DNA of 41,122 nt. It comes from Nemertoderma westbladi. Taxonomy: Eukaryota > Animalia > Xenacoelomorpha. The stretch lies in the NCBI GenBank assembly GCA_032718475.1, contig JAUCBJ010000157.1, forward strand, positions 1 to 41,122. Reading direction: 5' to 3'. The position numbers and the translations under genes were made by a program. The notes under the pieces were generated by a model. That model saw only the letters and a list, made by a program, of their open reading frames with translations. It had not been told where the DNA came from and made no database searches. Every line of letters starts with the position of its first letter. Within the stretch, counting starts at the first letter, position 1. Positions 23,501 to 35,300 of this stretch are shown one piece after another.

Positions 23501-24277
23501 AACCAGAGAGAATAATGTGTTATATCTTGTAAAAGTGGTCGCTCTCCACTACTGTGGTGTATCAACAACCAGAGAGAATAATGTGTTCTATCTTGTAAAA
23601 GTGGTCGCTCTCCACTACTGTGGTGTATCAACAACCAGAGAGAATAATGTGTTCTATCTTGTAAAAGTGGTCGCTCTCCACTACTGTGGTGTATCAACAA
23701 CCAGAGAGAATAATGTGTTCTATCTTGTAAAAGTGGCCGCTCTCCACTACTGTTGTGTATCAACAACCAGAGAGAATAATGTGTTCTATCTTGTAAAAGT
23801 GGTCGCTCTCCACTACTGTGGTGTATCAACAACCAGAGAGAATAATGTGTTCTATCTTGTAAAAGTGGCCGCTCTCCACTACTGTAGTGTATCAACAACC
23901 AGAGAGAATAATGTGTTCTATCTTGTAAAAGTGGTCGCTCTCCACTACTGTGGTGTATCAACAACCAGAGAGAATAATGTGTTCTATCTTGTAAAAGTGG
24001 CCGCTCTCCACTACTAACTGTGGTGTATCAACAACCAGAGAGAATAATGTGTTCTATCTTGTAAAAGTGGTCGCTCTCCACTACTGTGGTGTATCAACAA
24101 CCAGAGAGAATAATGTGTTCTATCTTGTAAAAGTGGCCGCTCTCCACTACTAACTGTGGTGTATCAACAACCAGAGAGAATAATGTGTTCTATCTTGTAA
24201 AAGTGGTCGCTCTCCACTACTGTAGTGTATCAACAACCAGAGAGAATAATGTGTTCTATCTTGTAAGTGGTGTATCA
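20598..24277. repeat. 66-bp satellite array 2 (~55 units)
   Basis: Same unit and orientation as array 1, dominated by the TGTAGTG variant. Ends in an internally deleted unit (TTGTAA|GTGGTGTATCA). Confidence 0.98.
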
Positions 24278-24305
24278 TTGCATATCATGGCATGGCATTT
24301 AGACA

Positions 24306-27300
24306 TTGCTCACGGGAGAGAGTTGTTCACCCGAGAGTGTTGCTCATGGGAGAGAGTTGCTCATGGGAGAGAGTTGCTCACGAGAGAGAGTTGCTCACGG
24401 GAGAGAGTTGTTCACCCGAGAGTGTTGCTCATGGGAGAGAGTTGCTCACGAGAGAGAGTGTTGCTCACGGGAGAGTGTTGCTCACCCGAGAGAGTTGCTC
24501 ACGGGAGAGAGTTGCTTACCCGAGAGAGTTGCTCACGAGAGAGTTGCTCACGGGAGAGAGTTGTTCACCCGAGAGTGTTGCTCATGGGAGAGAGTTGCTC
24601 ATGGGAGAGAGTTGCTCACGAGAGAGAGCTGCTCACGAGAGAGAGTTGCTCATGGGAGAGAGTTGCTCATGGGAGAGAGTTGCTCATGGGAGAGAGTTGC
24701 TCACGAGAGAGAGTTGCTCACGGGAGAGAGTTGTTCACCCGAGAGTGTTGCTCATGGGAGAGAGTTGCTCACGAGAGAGAGTGTTGCTCACGGGAGAGTG
24801 TTGCTCACCCGAGAGAGTTGCTCACGGGAGAGAGTTGCTTACCCGAGAGAGTTGCTCACGAGAGAGTTGCTCACGGGAGAGAGTTGTTCACCCGAGAGTG
24901 TTGCTCATGGGAGAGAGTTGCTCATGGGAGAGAGTTGCTCACGAGAGAGAGTTGCTCACGAGAGAGAGTTGCTCATGGGAGAGAGTTGCTCATGGGAGAG
25001 AGTTGCTCACGAGAGAGAGTTGCTCACGGGAGAGAGTTGTTCACCCGAGAGTGTTGCTCATGGGAGAGAGTTGCTCATGGGAGAGAGTTGCTCACGAGAG
25101 AGAGTTGCTCACGAGAGAGAGTTGCTCACGAGAGAGAGTTGCTCATGGGAGAGAGTTGCTCATGGGAGAGAGTTGCTCACGAGAGAGAGTTGCTCACGAG
25201 AGAGAGTTGCTCATGGGAGAGAGTTGCTCATGGGAGAGAGTTGCTCACGAGAGAGAGTTGCTCACGAGAGAGAGTTGCTCACGAGAGAGAGTTGCTCATG
25301 GGAGAGAGTTGCTCATGGGAGAGAGTTGCTCACGAGAGAGAGTTGCTCACGGGAGAGAGTTGTTCACCCGAGAGTGTTGCTCATGGGAGAGAGTTGCTCA
25401 CGAGAGAGAGTGTTGCTCACGGGAGAGTGTTGCTCACCCGAGAGAGTTGCTCACGGGAGAGAGTTGCTTACCCGAGAGAGTTGCTCACGAGAGAGTTGCT
25501 CACGGGAGAGAGTTGTTCACCCGAGAGTGTTGCTCATGGGAGAGAGTTGCTCATGGGAGAGAGTTGCTCACGAGAGAGAGTTGCTCACGAGAGAGAGTTG
25601 CTCATGGGAGAGAGTTGCTCATGGGAGAGAGTTGCTCACGAGAGAGAGTTGCTCACGGGAGAGAGTTGTTCACCCGAGAGTGTTGCTCATGGGAGAGAGT
25701 TGCTCATGGGAGAGAGTTGCTCACGAGAGAGAGTTGCTCACGAGAGAGAGTTGCTCACGAGAGAGAGTTGCTCATGGGAGAGAGTTGCTCATGGGAGAGA
25801 GTTGCTCACGAGAGAGAGTTGCTCACGGGAGAGAGTTGTTCACCCGAGAGTGTTGCTCATGGGAGAGAGTTGCTTACCCGAGAGAGTTGCTCACGAGAGA
25901 GTTGCTCACGGGAGAGAGTTGTTCACCCGAGAGTGTTGCTCATGGGAGAGAGTTGCTCACGAGAGAGAGTTGCTCACGAGAGAGAGTTGCTCATGGGAGA
26001 GAGTTGCTCATGGGAGAGAGTTGCTCACGAGAGAGAGTTGCTCACGGGAGAGAGTTGTTCACCCGAGAGTGTTGCTCATGGGAGAGAGTTGTTTACCCGA
26101 GAGAGTTGCTCACGAGAGAGTTGCTCACGGGAGAGAGTTGTTCACCCGAGAGTGTTGCTCATGGGAGAGAGTTGCTCATGGGAGAGAGTTGCTCATGGGA
26201 GAGAGTTGCTCACGAGAGAGAGTTGCTCACGGGAGATAGTTGTTCACCCGAGAGTGTTGCTCATGGGAGAGAGTTGCTCATGGGAGAGAGTTGCTCACGA
26301 GAGAGAGTTGCTCACGGGAGAGAGTTGTTCACCCGAGAGTGTTGCTCATGGGAGAGAGTTGCTCACGAGAGAGAGTGTTGCTCACGGGAGAGTGTTGCTC
26401 ACCCGAGAGAGTTGCTCACGGGAGAGAGTTGCTTACCCGAGAGAGTTGCTCACGAGAGAGAGTTGCTCACGAGAGAGAGTTGTTCACCCGAGAGTGTTGC
26501 TCATGGGAGAGAGTTGCTCACGAGAGAGAGTTGCTCACGAGAGAGGTGCTCACGGGAGAGAGTTGTTCACCCGAGAGTGTTGCTCATGGGAGAGAGTTGC
26601 TCATGGGAGAGAGTTGCTCACGAGAGAGAGTTGCTCATGGGAGAGAGTTGCTCATGGGAGAGAGTTGCTCACGAGAGAGAGTTGCTCACGGGAGAGAGTT
26701 GTTCACGAGAGAGTTGCTTACCCGAGAGAGTTGCTCACGAGAGAGAGTTGCTCACGAGAGAGAGTTGCTCATGGGAGAGAGTTGCTCATGGGAGAGAGTT
26801 GCTCACGAGAGAGAGTTGCTCACGGGAGAGAGTTGTTCACCCGAGAGTGTTGCTCATGGGAGAGAGTTGCTCACGAGAGAGAGTTGCTCACGAGAGAGAG
26901 TTGCTCACGAGAGAGAGTTGCTCACGAGAGAGAGTTGCTCATGGGAGAGAGTTGCTCATGGGAGAGAGTTGCTCACGAGAGAGAGTTGCTCACGGGAGAG
27001 AGTTGTTCACCCGAGAGTGTTGCTCATGGGAGAGAGTTGCTTACCCGAGAGAGTTGCTCACGAGAGAGTTGCTCACGGGAGAGAGTTGTTCACCCGAGAG
27101 TGTTGCTCATGGGAGAGAGTTGTTCACCCGAGAGTGTTGCTCATGGGAGAGAGTTGCTCACGAGAGAGAGTTGTTCACCCGAGAGTGTTGCTCACGGGAG
27201 AGAGTTGTTCACCCGAGAGTGTTGCTCATGGGAGAGAGTTGCTCACGAGAGAGAGTTGCTCACGAGAGAGAGTTGCTCACGAGAGAGAGTTGCTCACGAG

Positions 27301-30300
27301 AGAGAGTTGCTCATGGGAGAGAGTTGCTCATGGGAGAGAGTTGCTTACCCGAGAGAGTTGCTCACGAGAGTGTTGCTCACGGGAGAGTGTTGCTCACCCG
27401 AGAGAGTTGCTCACGGGAGAGAGTTGCTTACCCGAGAGAGTTGCTCACGAGAGAGTTGCTCACGGGAGAGAGTTGTTCACCCGAGAGTGTTGCTCATGGG
27501 AGAGAGTTGCTCATGGGAGAGAGTTGCTCACGAGAGAGAGTTGCTCACGAGAGAGAGTTGCTCATGGGAGAGAGTTGCTCATGGGAGAGAGTTGCTCACG
27601 AGAGAGAGTTGCTCACGGGAGAGAGTTGTTCACCCGAGAGTGTTGCTCATGGGAGAGAGTTGCTCATGGGAGAGAGTTGCTCACGAGAGAGAGTTGCTCA
27701 CGAGAGAGAGTTGCCCACGAGAGAGAGTTGCTCATGGGAGAGAGTTGCTCATGGGAGAGAGTTGCTCACGAGAGAGAGTTGCTCACGAGAGAGAGTTGCT
27801 CATGGGAGAGAGTTGCTCATGGGAGAGAGTTGCTCACGAGAGAGAGTTGCTCACGAGAGAGAGTTGCTCACGAGAGAGAGTTGCTCATGGGAGAGAGTTG
27901 CTCATGGGAGAGAGTTGCTCACGAGAGAGAGTTGCTCACGGGAGAGAGTTGTTCACCCGAGAGTGTTGCTCATGGGAGAGAGTTGCTCACGAGAGAGAGT
28001 GTTGCTCACGGGAGAGTGTTGCTCACCCGAGAGAGTTGCTCACGGGAGAGAGTTGCTTACCCGAGAGAGTTGCTCACGAGAGAGTTGCTCACGGGAGAGA
28101 GTTGTTCACCCGAGAGTGTTGCTCATGGGAGAGAGTTGCTCATGGGAGAGAGTTGCTCACGAGAGAGAGTTGCTCACGAGAGAGAGTTGCTCATGGGAGA
28201 GAGTTGCTCATGGGAGAGAGTTGCTCACGAGAGAGAGTTGCTCACGGGAGAGAGTTGTTCACCCGAGAGTGTTGCTCATGGGAGAGAGTTGCTCATGGGA
28301 GAGAGTTGCTCACGGAGAGGTTGCTCACGGGAGAGTTGCTCACGAGAGAGAGTTGCTCACGAGAGAGAGTTGCTCATGGGAGAGAGTTGCTCATGGGAGA
28401 GAGTTGCTCACGAGAGAGAGTTGCTCACGGGAGAGAGTTGTTCACCCGAGAGTGTTGCTCATGGGAGAGAGTTGCTTACCCGAGAGAGTTGCTCACGAGA
28501 GAGTTGCTCACGGGAGAGAGTTGTTCACCCGAGAGTGTTGCTCATGGGAGAGAGTTGCTCACGAGAGAGAGTTGCTCACGAGAGAGAGTTGCTCATGGGA
28601 GAGAGTTGCTCATGGGAGAGAGTTGCTCACGAGAGAGAGTTGCTCACGGGAGAGAGTTGTTCACCCGAGAGTGTTGCTCATGGGAGAGAGTTGCTTACCC
28701 GAGAGAGTTGCTCACGAGAGAGTTGCTCACGGGAGAGAGTTGTTCACCCGAGAGTGTTGCTCATGGGAGAGAGTTGCTCATGGGAGAGAGTTGCTCATGG
28801 GAGAGAGTTGCTCACGAGAGAGAGTTGCTCACGGGAGATAGTTGTTCACCCGAGAGTGTTGCTCATGGGAGAGAGTTGCTCATGGGAGAGAGTTGCTCAC
28901 GAGAGAGAGTTGCTCACGGGAGAGAGTTGTTCACCCGAGAGTGTTGCTCATGGGAGAGAGTTGCTCACGAGAGAGAGTGTTGCTCACGGGAGAGTGTTGC
29001 TCACCCGAGAGAGTTGCTCACGGGAGAGAGTTGCTTACCCGAGAGAGTTGCTCACGAGAGAGAGTTGCTCACGAGAGAGAGTTGTTCACCCGAGAGTGTT
29101 GCTCATGGGAGAGAGTTGCTCACGAGAGAGAGTTGCTCACGAGAGAGGTGCTCACGGGAGAGAGTTGTTCACCCGAGAGTGTTGCTCATGGGAGAGAGTT
29201 GCTCATGGGAGAGAGTTGCTCACGAGAGAGAGTTGCTCATGGGAGAGAGTTGCTCATGGGAGAGAGTTGCTCACGAGAGAGAGTTGCTCACGGGAGAGAG
29301 TTGTTCACGAGAGAGTTGCTTACCCGAGAGAGTTGCTCACGAGAGAGAGTTGCTCACGAGAGAGAGTTGCTCATGGGAGAGAGTTGCTCATGGGAGAGAG
29401 TTGCTCACGAGAGAGAGTTGCTCACGGGAGAGAGTTGTTCACCCGAGAGTGTTGCTCATGGGAGAGAGTTGCTCACGAGAGAGAGTTGCTCACGAGAGAG
29501 AGTTGCTCACGAGAGAGAGTTGCTCACGAGAGAGAGTTGCTCATGGGAGAGAGTTGCTCATGGGAGAGAGTTGCTCACGAGAGAGAGTTGCTCACGGGAG
29601 AGAGTTGTTCACCCGAGAGTGTTGCTCATGGGAGAGAGTTGCTTACCCGAGAGAGTTGCTCACGAGAGAGTTGCTCACGGGAGAGAGTTGTTCACCCGAG
29701 AGTGTTGCTCATGGGAGAGAGTTGTTCACCCGAGAGTGTTGCTCATGGGAGAGAGTTGCTCACGAGAGAGAGTTGTTCACCCGAGAGTGTTGCTCACGGG
29801 AGAGAGTTGTTCACCCGAGAGTGTTGCTCATGGGAGAGAGTTGCTCACGAGAGAGAGTTGCTCACGAGAGAGAGTTGCTCACGAGAGAGAGTTGCTCACG
29901 AGAGAGAGTTGCTCATGGGAGAGAGTTGCTCATGGGAGAGAGTTGCTCACGAGAGAGAGTTGCCCACCCGAGAGAGAGTTGCTCACGGGAGAGAGTTGCT
30001 CACCCGAGAGAGAGTTGCTCACGAGAGAGTTGCTCACGGGAGAGAGTTGTTCACCCGAGAGTGTTGCTCATGGGAGAGAGTTGCTTACCCGAGAGAGTTG
30101 CTCACGAGAGAGTTGCTCACGGGAGAGAGTTGTTCACCCGAGAGTGTTGCTCATGGGAGAGAGTTGCTCATGGGAGAGAGTTGCTCACGAGAGAGAGTTG
30201 CTCACGGGAGAGAGTTGTTCACCCGAGAGAGTTGCTCATGGGAGAGAGTTGCTCACGAGAGAGAGTGTTGCTCACGGGAGAGTGTTGCTCACCCGAGAGA

Positions 30301-32157
30301 GTTGCTCACGGGAGAGAGTTGTTTACCCGAGAGAGTTGCTCACGAGAGAGAGTTGCTCACGAGAGAGAGTTGCTCACGAGAGAGAGTTGCTCACGAGAGA
30401 GGTGCTCACGGGAGAGAGTTGTTCACCCGAGAGTGTTGCTCATGGGAGAGAGTTGCTCATGGGAGAGAGTTGCTCACGAGAGAGAGTTGCTCACGGGAGA
30501 GAGTTGTTCATGGGAGAGAGTTGCTCATGGGAGAGAGTTGCTCACGGGAGAGAGTTGTTCACCCGAGAGTGTTGCTCATGGGAGAGAGTTGCTCACGAGA
30601 GAGAGTGTTGCTCACGGGAGAGTGTTGCTCACCCGAGAGAGTTGCTCACGGGAGAGAGTTGTTTACCCGAGAGAGTTGCTCACGAGAGAGAGTTGCTCAC
30701 GAGAGAGAGTTGCTCACGAGAGAGAGTTGCTCACGAGAGAGAGTTGCTCACGAGAGAGGTGCTCACGGGAGAGAGTTGTTCACCCGAGAGTGTTGCTCAT
30801 GGGAGAGAGTTGCTCATGGGAGAGAGTTGCTCACGAGAGAGAGTTGCTCATGGGAGAGAGTTGTTCATGGGAGAGAGTTGCTCACGAGAGAGAGTTGCTC
30901 ACGGGAGAGAGTTGTTCACCCGAGAGTGTTGCTCATGGGAGAGAGTTGCTCACGAGAGAGAGTGTTGCTCACGGGAGAGTGTTGCTCACCCGAGAGAGTT
31001 GCTCACGGGAGAGAGTTGCTTACCCGAGAGAGTTGCTCACGAGAGAGTTGCTCACGGGAGAGAGTTGTTCACCCGAGAGTGTTGCTCATGGGAGAGAGTT
31101 GCTCACGAGAGAGAGTGTTGCTCACGGGAGAGAGTTGCTCACGAGAGAGAGTTGCTCACGAGAGAGGTGCTCACGGGAGAGAGTTGTTCACCCGAGAGTG
31201 TTGCTCATGGGAGAGAGTTTCTCACGGGAGAGTGTTGCTCACGAGAGAGAGAGTTGCTCACGGGAGAGAGTTGCTCACGAGAGAGAGAGTTGCTCACGGG
31301 AGAGAGTTGCTCACGAGAGAGAGTGTTGCTCACGGGAGAGTGTTGCTCACCCGAGAGAGTTGCTCACGGGAGAGAGTTGCTTACCCGAGAGAGTTGCTCA
31401 CGAGAGAGTTGCTCACGGGAGAGAGTTGTTCACCCGAGAGTGTTGCTCATGGGAGAGAGTTGCTCACGAGAGAGAGTTGCTCACGGGAGACAGTTGTTCA
31501 CCCGAGAGTGTTGCTCATGGTAGAGAGTTGCTCACGAGAGACAGAGAGAGTTACTCACGGGGGAGAGTTGCTCACGAGAGAGAGTTGCTCACGGGAGAGA
31601 GTTGGTCACGGGTGAGAGTTGCTCACGAGATAGAGTTGCTCACAGGAGAGTTGCTCACCCGAGATAGTTGCTCACGAGAGAGAGTTGCTCACGAGGGAGA
31701 GTTGCTCACGAGAGAGAGTTTCTCACGAGAGAGAGTTGCTCACGGGAGAGAGTTGCTCACGGGAGAGAGTTGCTCACGGGAGAGAGTTGCTCACGGGAGA
31801 CAGTTGCTCACGGGAGAGAGTTGTTGACCCGAGTGTTGCTCATGGGAGAGAGTTGCTCACGAGAGAGAGAGTTGCTCACGGGAGAGAGTTGCTCACGGGA
31901 GAGAGTTGCTCACGGGAGAGTGTTGCTCACGGGAGAGTGTTGCTCACCCGAGAGAGTTGCTCACGAGAGAGAGTTGCTCACGGGAGAGATTTGCTCACGG
32001 GAAGGAGTTGCTCACGGGAGAGAGTTGCTCACGGGAGAGAGTTGCTCACGGGAGAGAGTTGCTTACTTGCTCACGGGTAGCAGTTGCTCACGGGAGAGAG
32101 TTGCTCACGAGAGAGAGAGAGTTGCTCACCGGAGAGAGTTGCTCACCCGAGACGAGA
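24306..32157. repeat. 16-bp satellite (GAGAGAGTTGCTCACG family), left block
   Basis: Hundreds of 14-18-bp variants (CACGAG, CACGGG, CATGGG, CACCCG); 2602-bp higher-order duplication; more degenerate beyond ~31490. Confidence 0.98.
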
Positions 32158-32284
32158 TGTTAAAGTGTAAAACAGTAAGATAGGAAACGTACCGCCGTAC
32201 CGGTGTTCCTCCTTCTATATCTTTCATATCTTATATATAGTTTGAATATCCCGCCACCAATATACTACATATATACATTTGACA
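32158..32284 (-). repeat. 3' LTR of the Copia element
   Basis: TGTTAAAGTG...CATTTGACA on the + strand, identical to 36884-37010. Confidence 0.97.
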
Positions 32285-32301
32285 TTCTCACCTCTTTCTT
32301 T
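32285..32301 (-). other. Polypurine tract of the Copia element
   Basis: Minus strand AAAGAAAGAGGTGAGAA immediately before the 3' LTR. Confidence 0.85.
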
Positions 32302-32395
32302 AACATAAACGTAATAGGGTAGTAACAGAAAAGAAACATAAAATAAGGAGTCCAATAAATGTCCAATAATACTAACTAGTCATAGTTTTTTTTTT

Positions 32396-35300
32396 TTATT
32401 GAGTCTGACTGAGTTTATGCGTTTCTAGAGTATTTATCAGTGAGTTTGTTGATGCACCCTTCTTAGTTAGAGAGTTGGCCAACTGATGATAGGTATCAAC
32501 CCATTGTAGATCACTGATCTCACCTTTCTCCAACATTTCGCGGATGAGTCGTATATCTATCCGAAGGCGCTTCTCTGTTAAGCTTCCTTTATCAGTGTAT
32601 ATATTGTCAATAAGTGATTGACTATCAGTATATATATATATTGGAATTGTGGTCGATAATATTTCACCAAGAACTGATGCCAGTGAGTAGGCATTATCAA
32701 TAGCATGAACTGCAGCTAATGTTTCAGCTGCTAAACTGCTACGTGCTACCCGTCTGAGTTTCTTTGACTGCCAATCTAACAAAGCTCCATTGTTTGTACA
32801 ATCCGAAACAAAAATAAGATAACCCCCTTGGGAGCTTCCATCATCTAAATTTCCATAAGAAGCATCGGTATAACATATGATCTTCAAATCTTGCAGATTC
32901 AATCTGGGAAATTTCAATACCATAGCGAATGACTTTACACGTCGAACGATTTTATTTGCATAACATATGTCATTAATCTTGGGGTCTTTTAATTTACTGC
33001 TCAAGTTACAAGTATCAAAACTAATATCTGGTCGACTTTGTGTAGCAATCCAATTGAGTTGCCCACATAGCATTTGAAGAGCTTTAAACTCCTTGTTGGT
33101 AAGTTGCGAATCCTTATTTCTGTTACTTGCCAAGTCAATTGGCTGAAGCTTCTCAATATAACGATGCTGATCCAGTAAAATACCATGGCGATTTTGCCTC
33201 AACTCCAGACCAACATGTTTAAGGACTGTATCTTTCTCAATTCCAACAACAAAGACCTTTCTTAATTCATTAATAATTGTACATTCGAATTCAGCTGTTC
33301 CTGCCCAAAGTTCATCATCAACATGCATAGATAAAATGCCACCAATTACACCATTACTTTCCCAGTAATATAAACAGTCATCATTCATTGATCTTTTCAT
33401 TCCTATTTGTTCTAAAACCTTCTTTACTTTCATGAACCACTTTCTTGGTGCATCGGATAAACCATCAACACATTTCTTTAGACACCAAAGTTGACCTGGT
33501 TTCTTAAATTCCTGTGGAGGCTCTAGGTAAACTTCTCGATCTATTTGCTCACCCTGTAGAAAAGCAGTCTGTATATCCATTGAATGAATGGTCCAATTGG
33601 TAGTTGCTGCTACTGATAGTAACAGGCGGATATTTTCTTTCTTTCCAGTTGGTGAAAATTTGGCAAGTTCTGCTGTCTCTTCCTCAAACCCTCGTGCAAC
33701 TAATCTCGCTTTTAATCTGCCGTCATTTTTCATTGTACAAACCCACTTAGTAGATAGCCTATCTTGACCCACATCATCTACAGCCTTATATACATTATGC
33801 CGGTCCCACATCTGTACTTGGTATACCTTGGCTTCAGCATATTTATCACTAACAACATAGTCATTTATATAAACATCTTCAGTACCATCGCTAACTGGTG
33901 TATTATTATCTGTCCATTCGTCAATGTCAGTACCAAAGTCAAAATTATCACAATCATCCTGCCTTTCTTTAGGACCAGTAAATTGTACATTTAAGCAATT
34001 TCTGTACTTTCCTGTTGCTTTTCCAGCTCTGCTAAGCACAATTCCATGACACCAGTTATCTTCACCTTTAAGACGAAATGATATTTTATCATTAATCTTT
34101 GCTAGTGTTAATTTTGCAGACTCTCTGATGGTATGACTCTGGGTATCATGAATGCCTTCCTTAGCAACATTAGCAGCAATCAGACCACTAGAAGAATTAC
34201 CCTTTTGAACATCATTAATATCATCATCATATTCGTCAATACATATGATGTCATCCTCAACATTATGCAGATTACTGTTGACCTCAGATAAATTATCAGG
34301 TACACTAGTGGTTTGATTTTTTTGATCAAATGCAACATCGCAGGTCTTCAAAAGTCTTAAACTATGAACCTTTACAATCGAACCACCATGTTTTACATAA
34401 ACTATCTTACCATCGCGGCCAATAACCATTCCAGGGCCCTTCCATTCAGCTGAATTATCCCGCTTGTAGAATACGCTGTCCCCTTGGATATAAACATCAT
34501 CCTGTGATCTGATGTTGTGTCGCATTGCTCTTCTAACTTTCTCAGAAGATTCCGCTTGTATACATATTTCTCTGGCTCCATGAATGGCATTTAAATGCTT
34601 AGCTACTATTTGAGATGACGTGACCCCCTCTAAAGCAGGTAATTGATCATTCAGGACGCAAGGGAGGTTGGGGTTCTGTCCAAAGACAAGTTGATATGGG
34701 CTATATCCATTAACATTATGTAAACAATTCTTAGCATTAACACACCAAGCCAATCCAGTTTCCAAATCATACTTGCAATCACTCATAAGTTTCTGTAACA
34801 TATCCTTTAAAACACCATTATGCCTTTCATTCAGACCATTTGACCAAGGACTTTCTGCTGGGGTTGGAATAAGTTTAATATTAAATTGCTCAGCCATTTC
34901 TCTAAAGGTAGAATTATCAAACTCACCACCATTATCAGACATGATTTGCTTTGGAGGGCCATAAATGGCCATCCAACAGCGAATGAATTTGTCAGCAATC
35001 ACAGATTTTTCCTTCGTTCTTACCACAGTAGCACCACTCAACCTTGTCATATGATCAATCACATGTAGAATCCACGTTTTATTGCCCCATTGAATCAGAT
35101 CTCCCGCCACAGTTTCATTGAACTCTTTGGCCAATGAAAATCCAACAACAGGCCTAGGTTTTGGCTTCTTATACTTCTTACACACTGAACATGTCTCTGT
35201 AACTTTATTCACCTCACAAGTAATCTCTTTGCTGGATAACCCCGCATCCTTAATTAATCCTAATAGCCTGTCAGCTGAAGGGTGTGCAAATTGCTTATGT

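Noticed and set aside
21370-23964. HSSGERP resembling the C2H2 zinc-finger linker HTGERP
   Set aside because: Period is 22 aa rather than 28 and there are no paired cysteines.
24185-32183. ORFs up to 2511 aa in all three + frames (also 36929-38246 and 11447-12294)
   Set aside because: The short monomers lack stop codons on one strand; simultaneous openness in all frames marks a repeat artefact.
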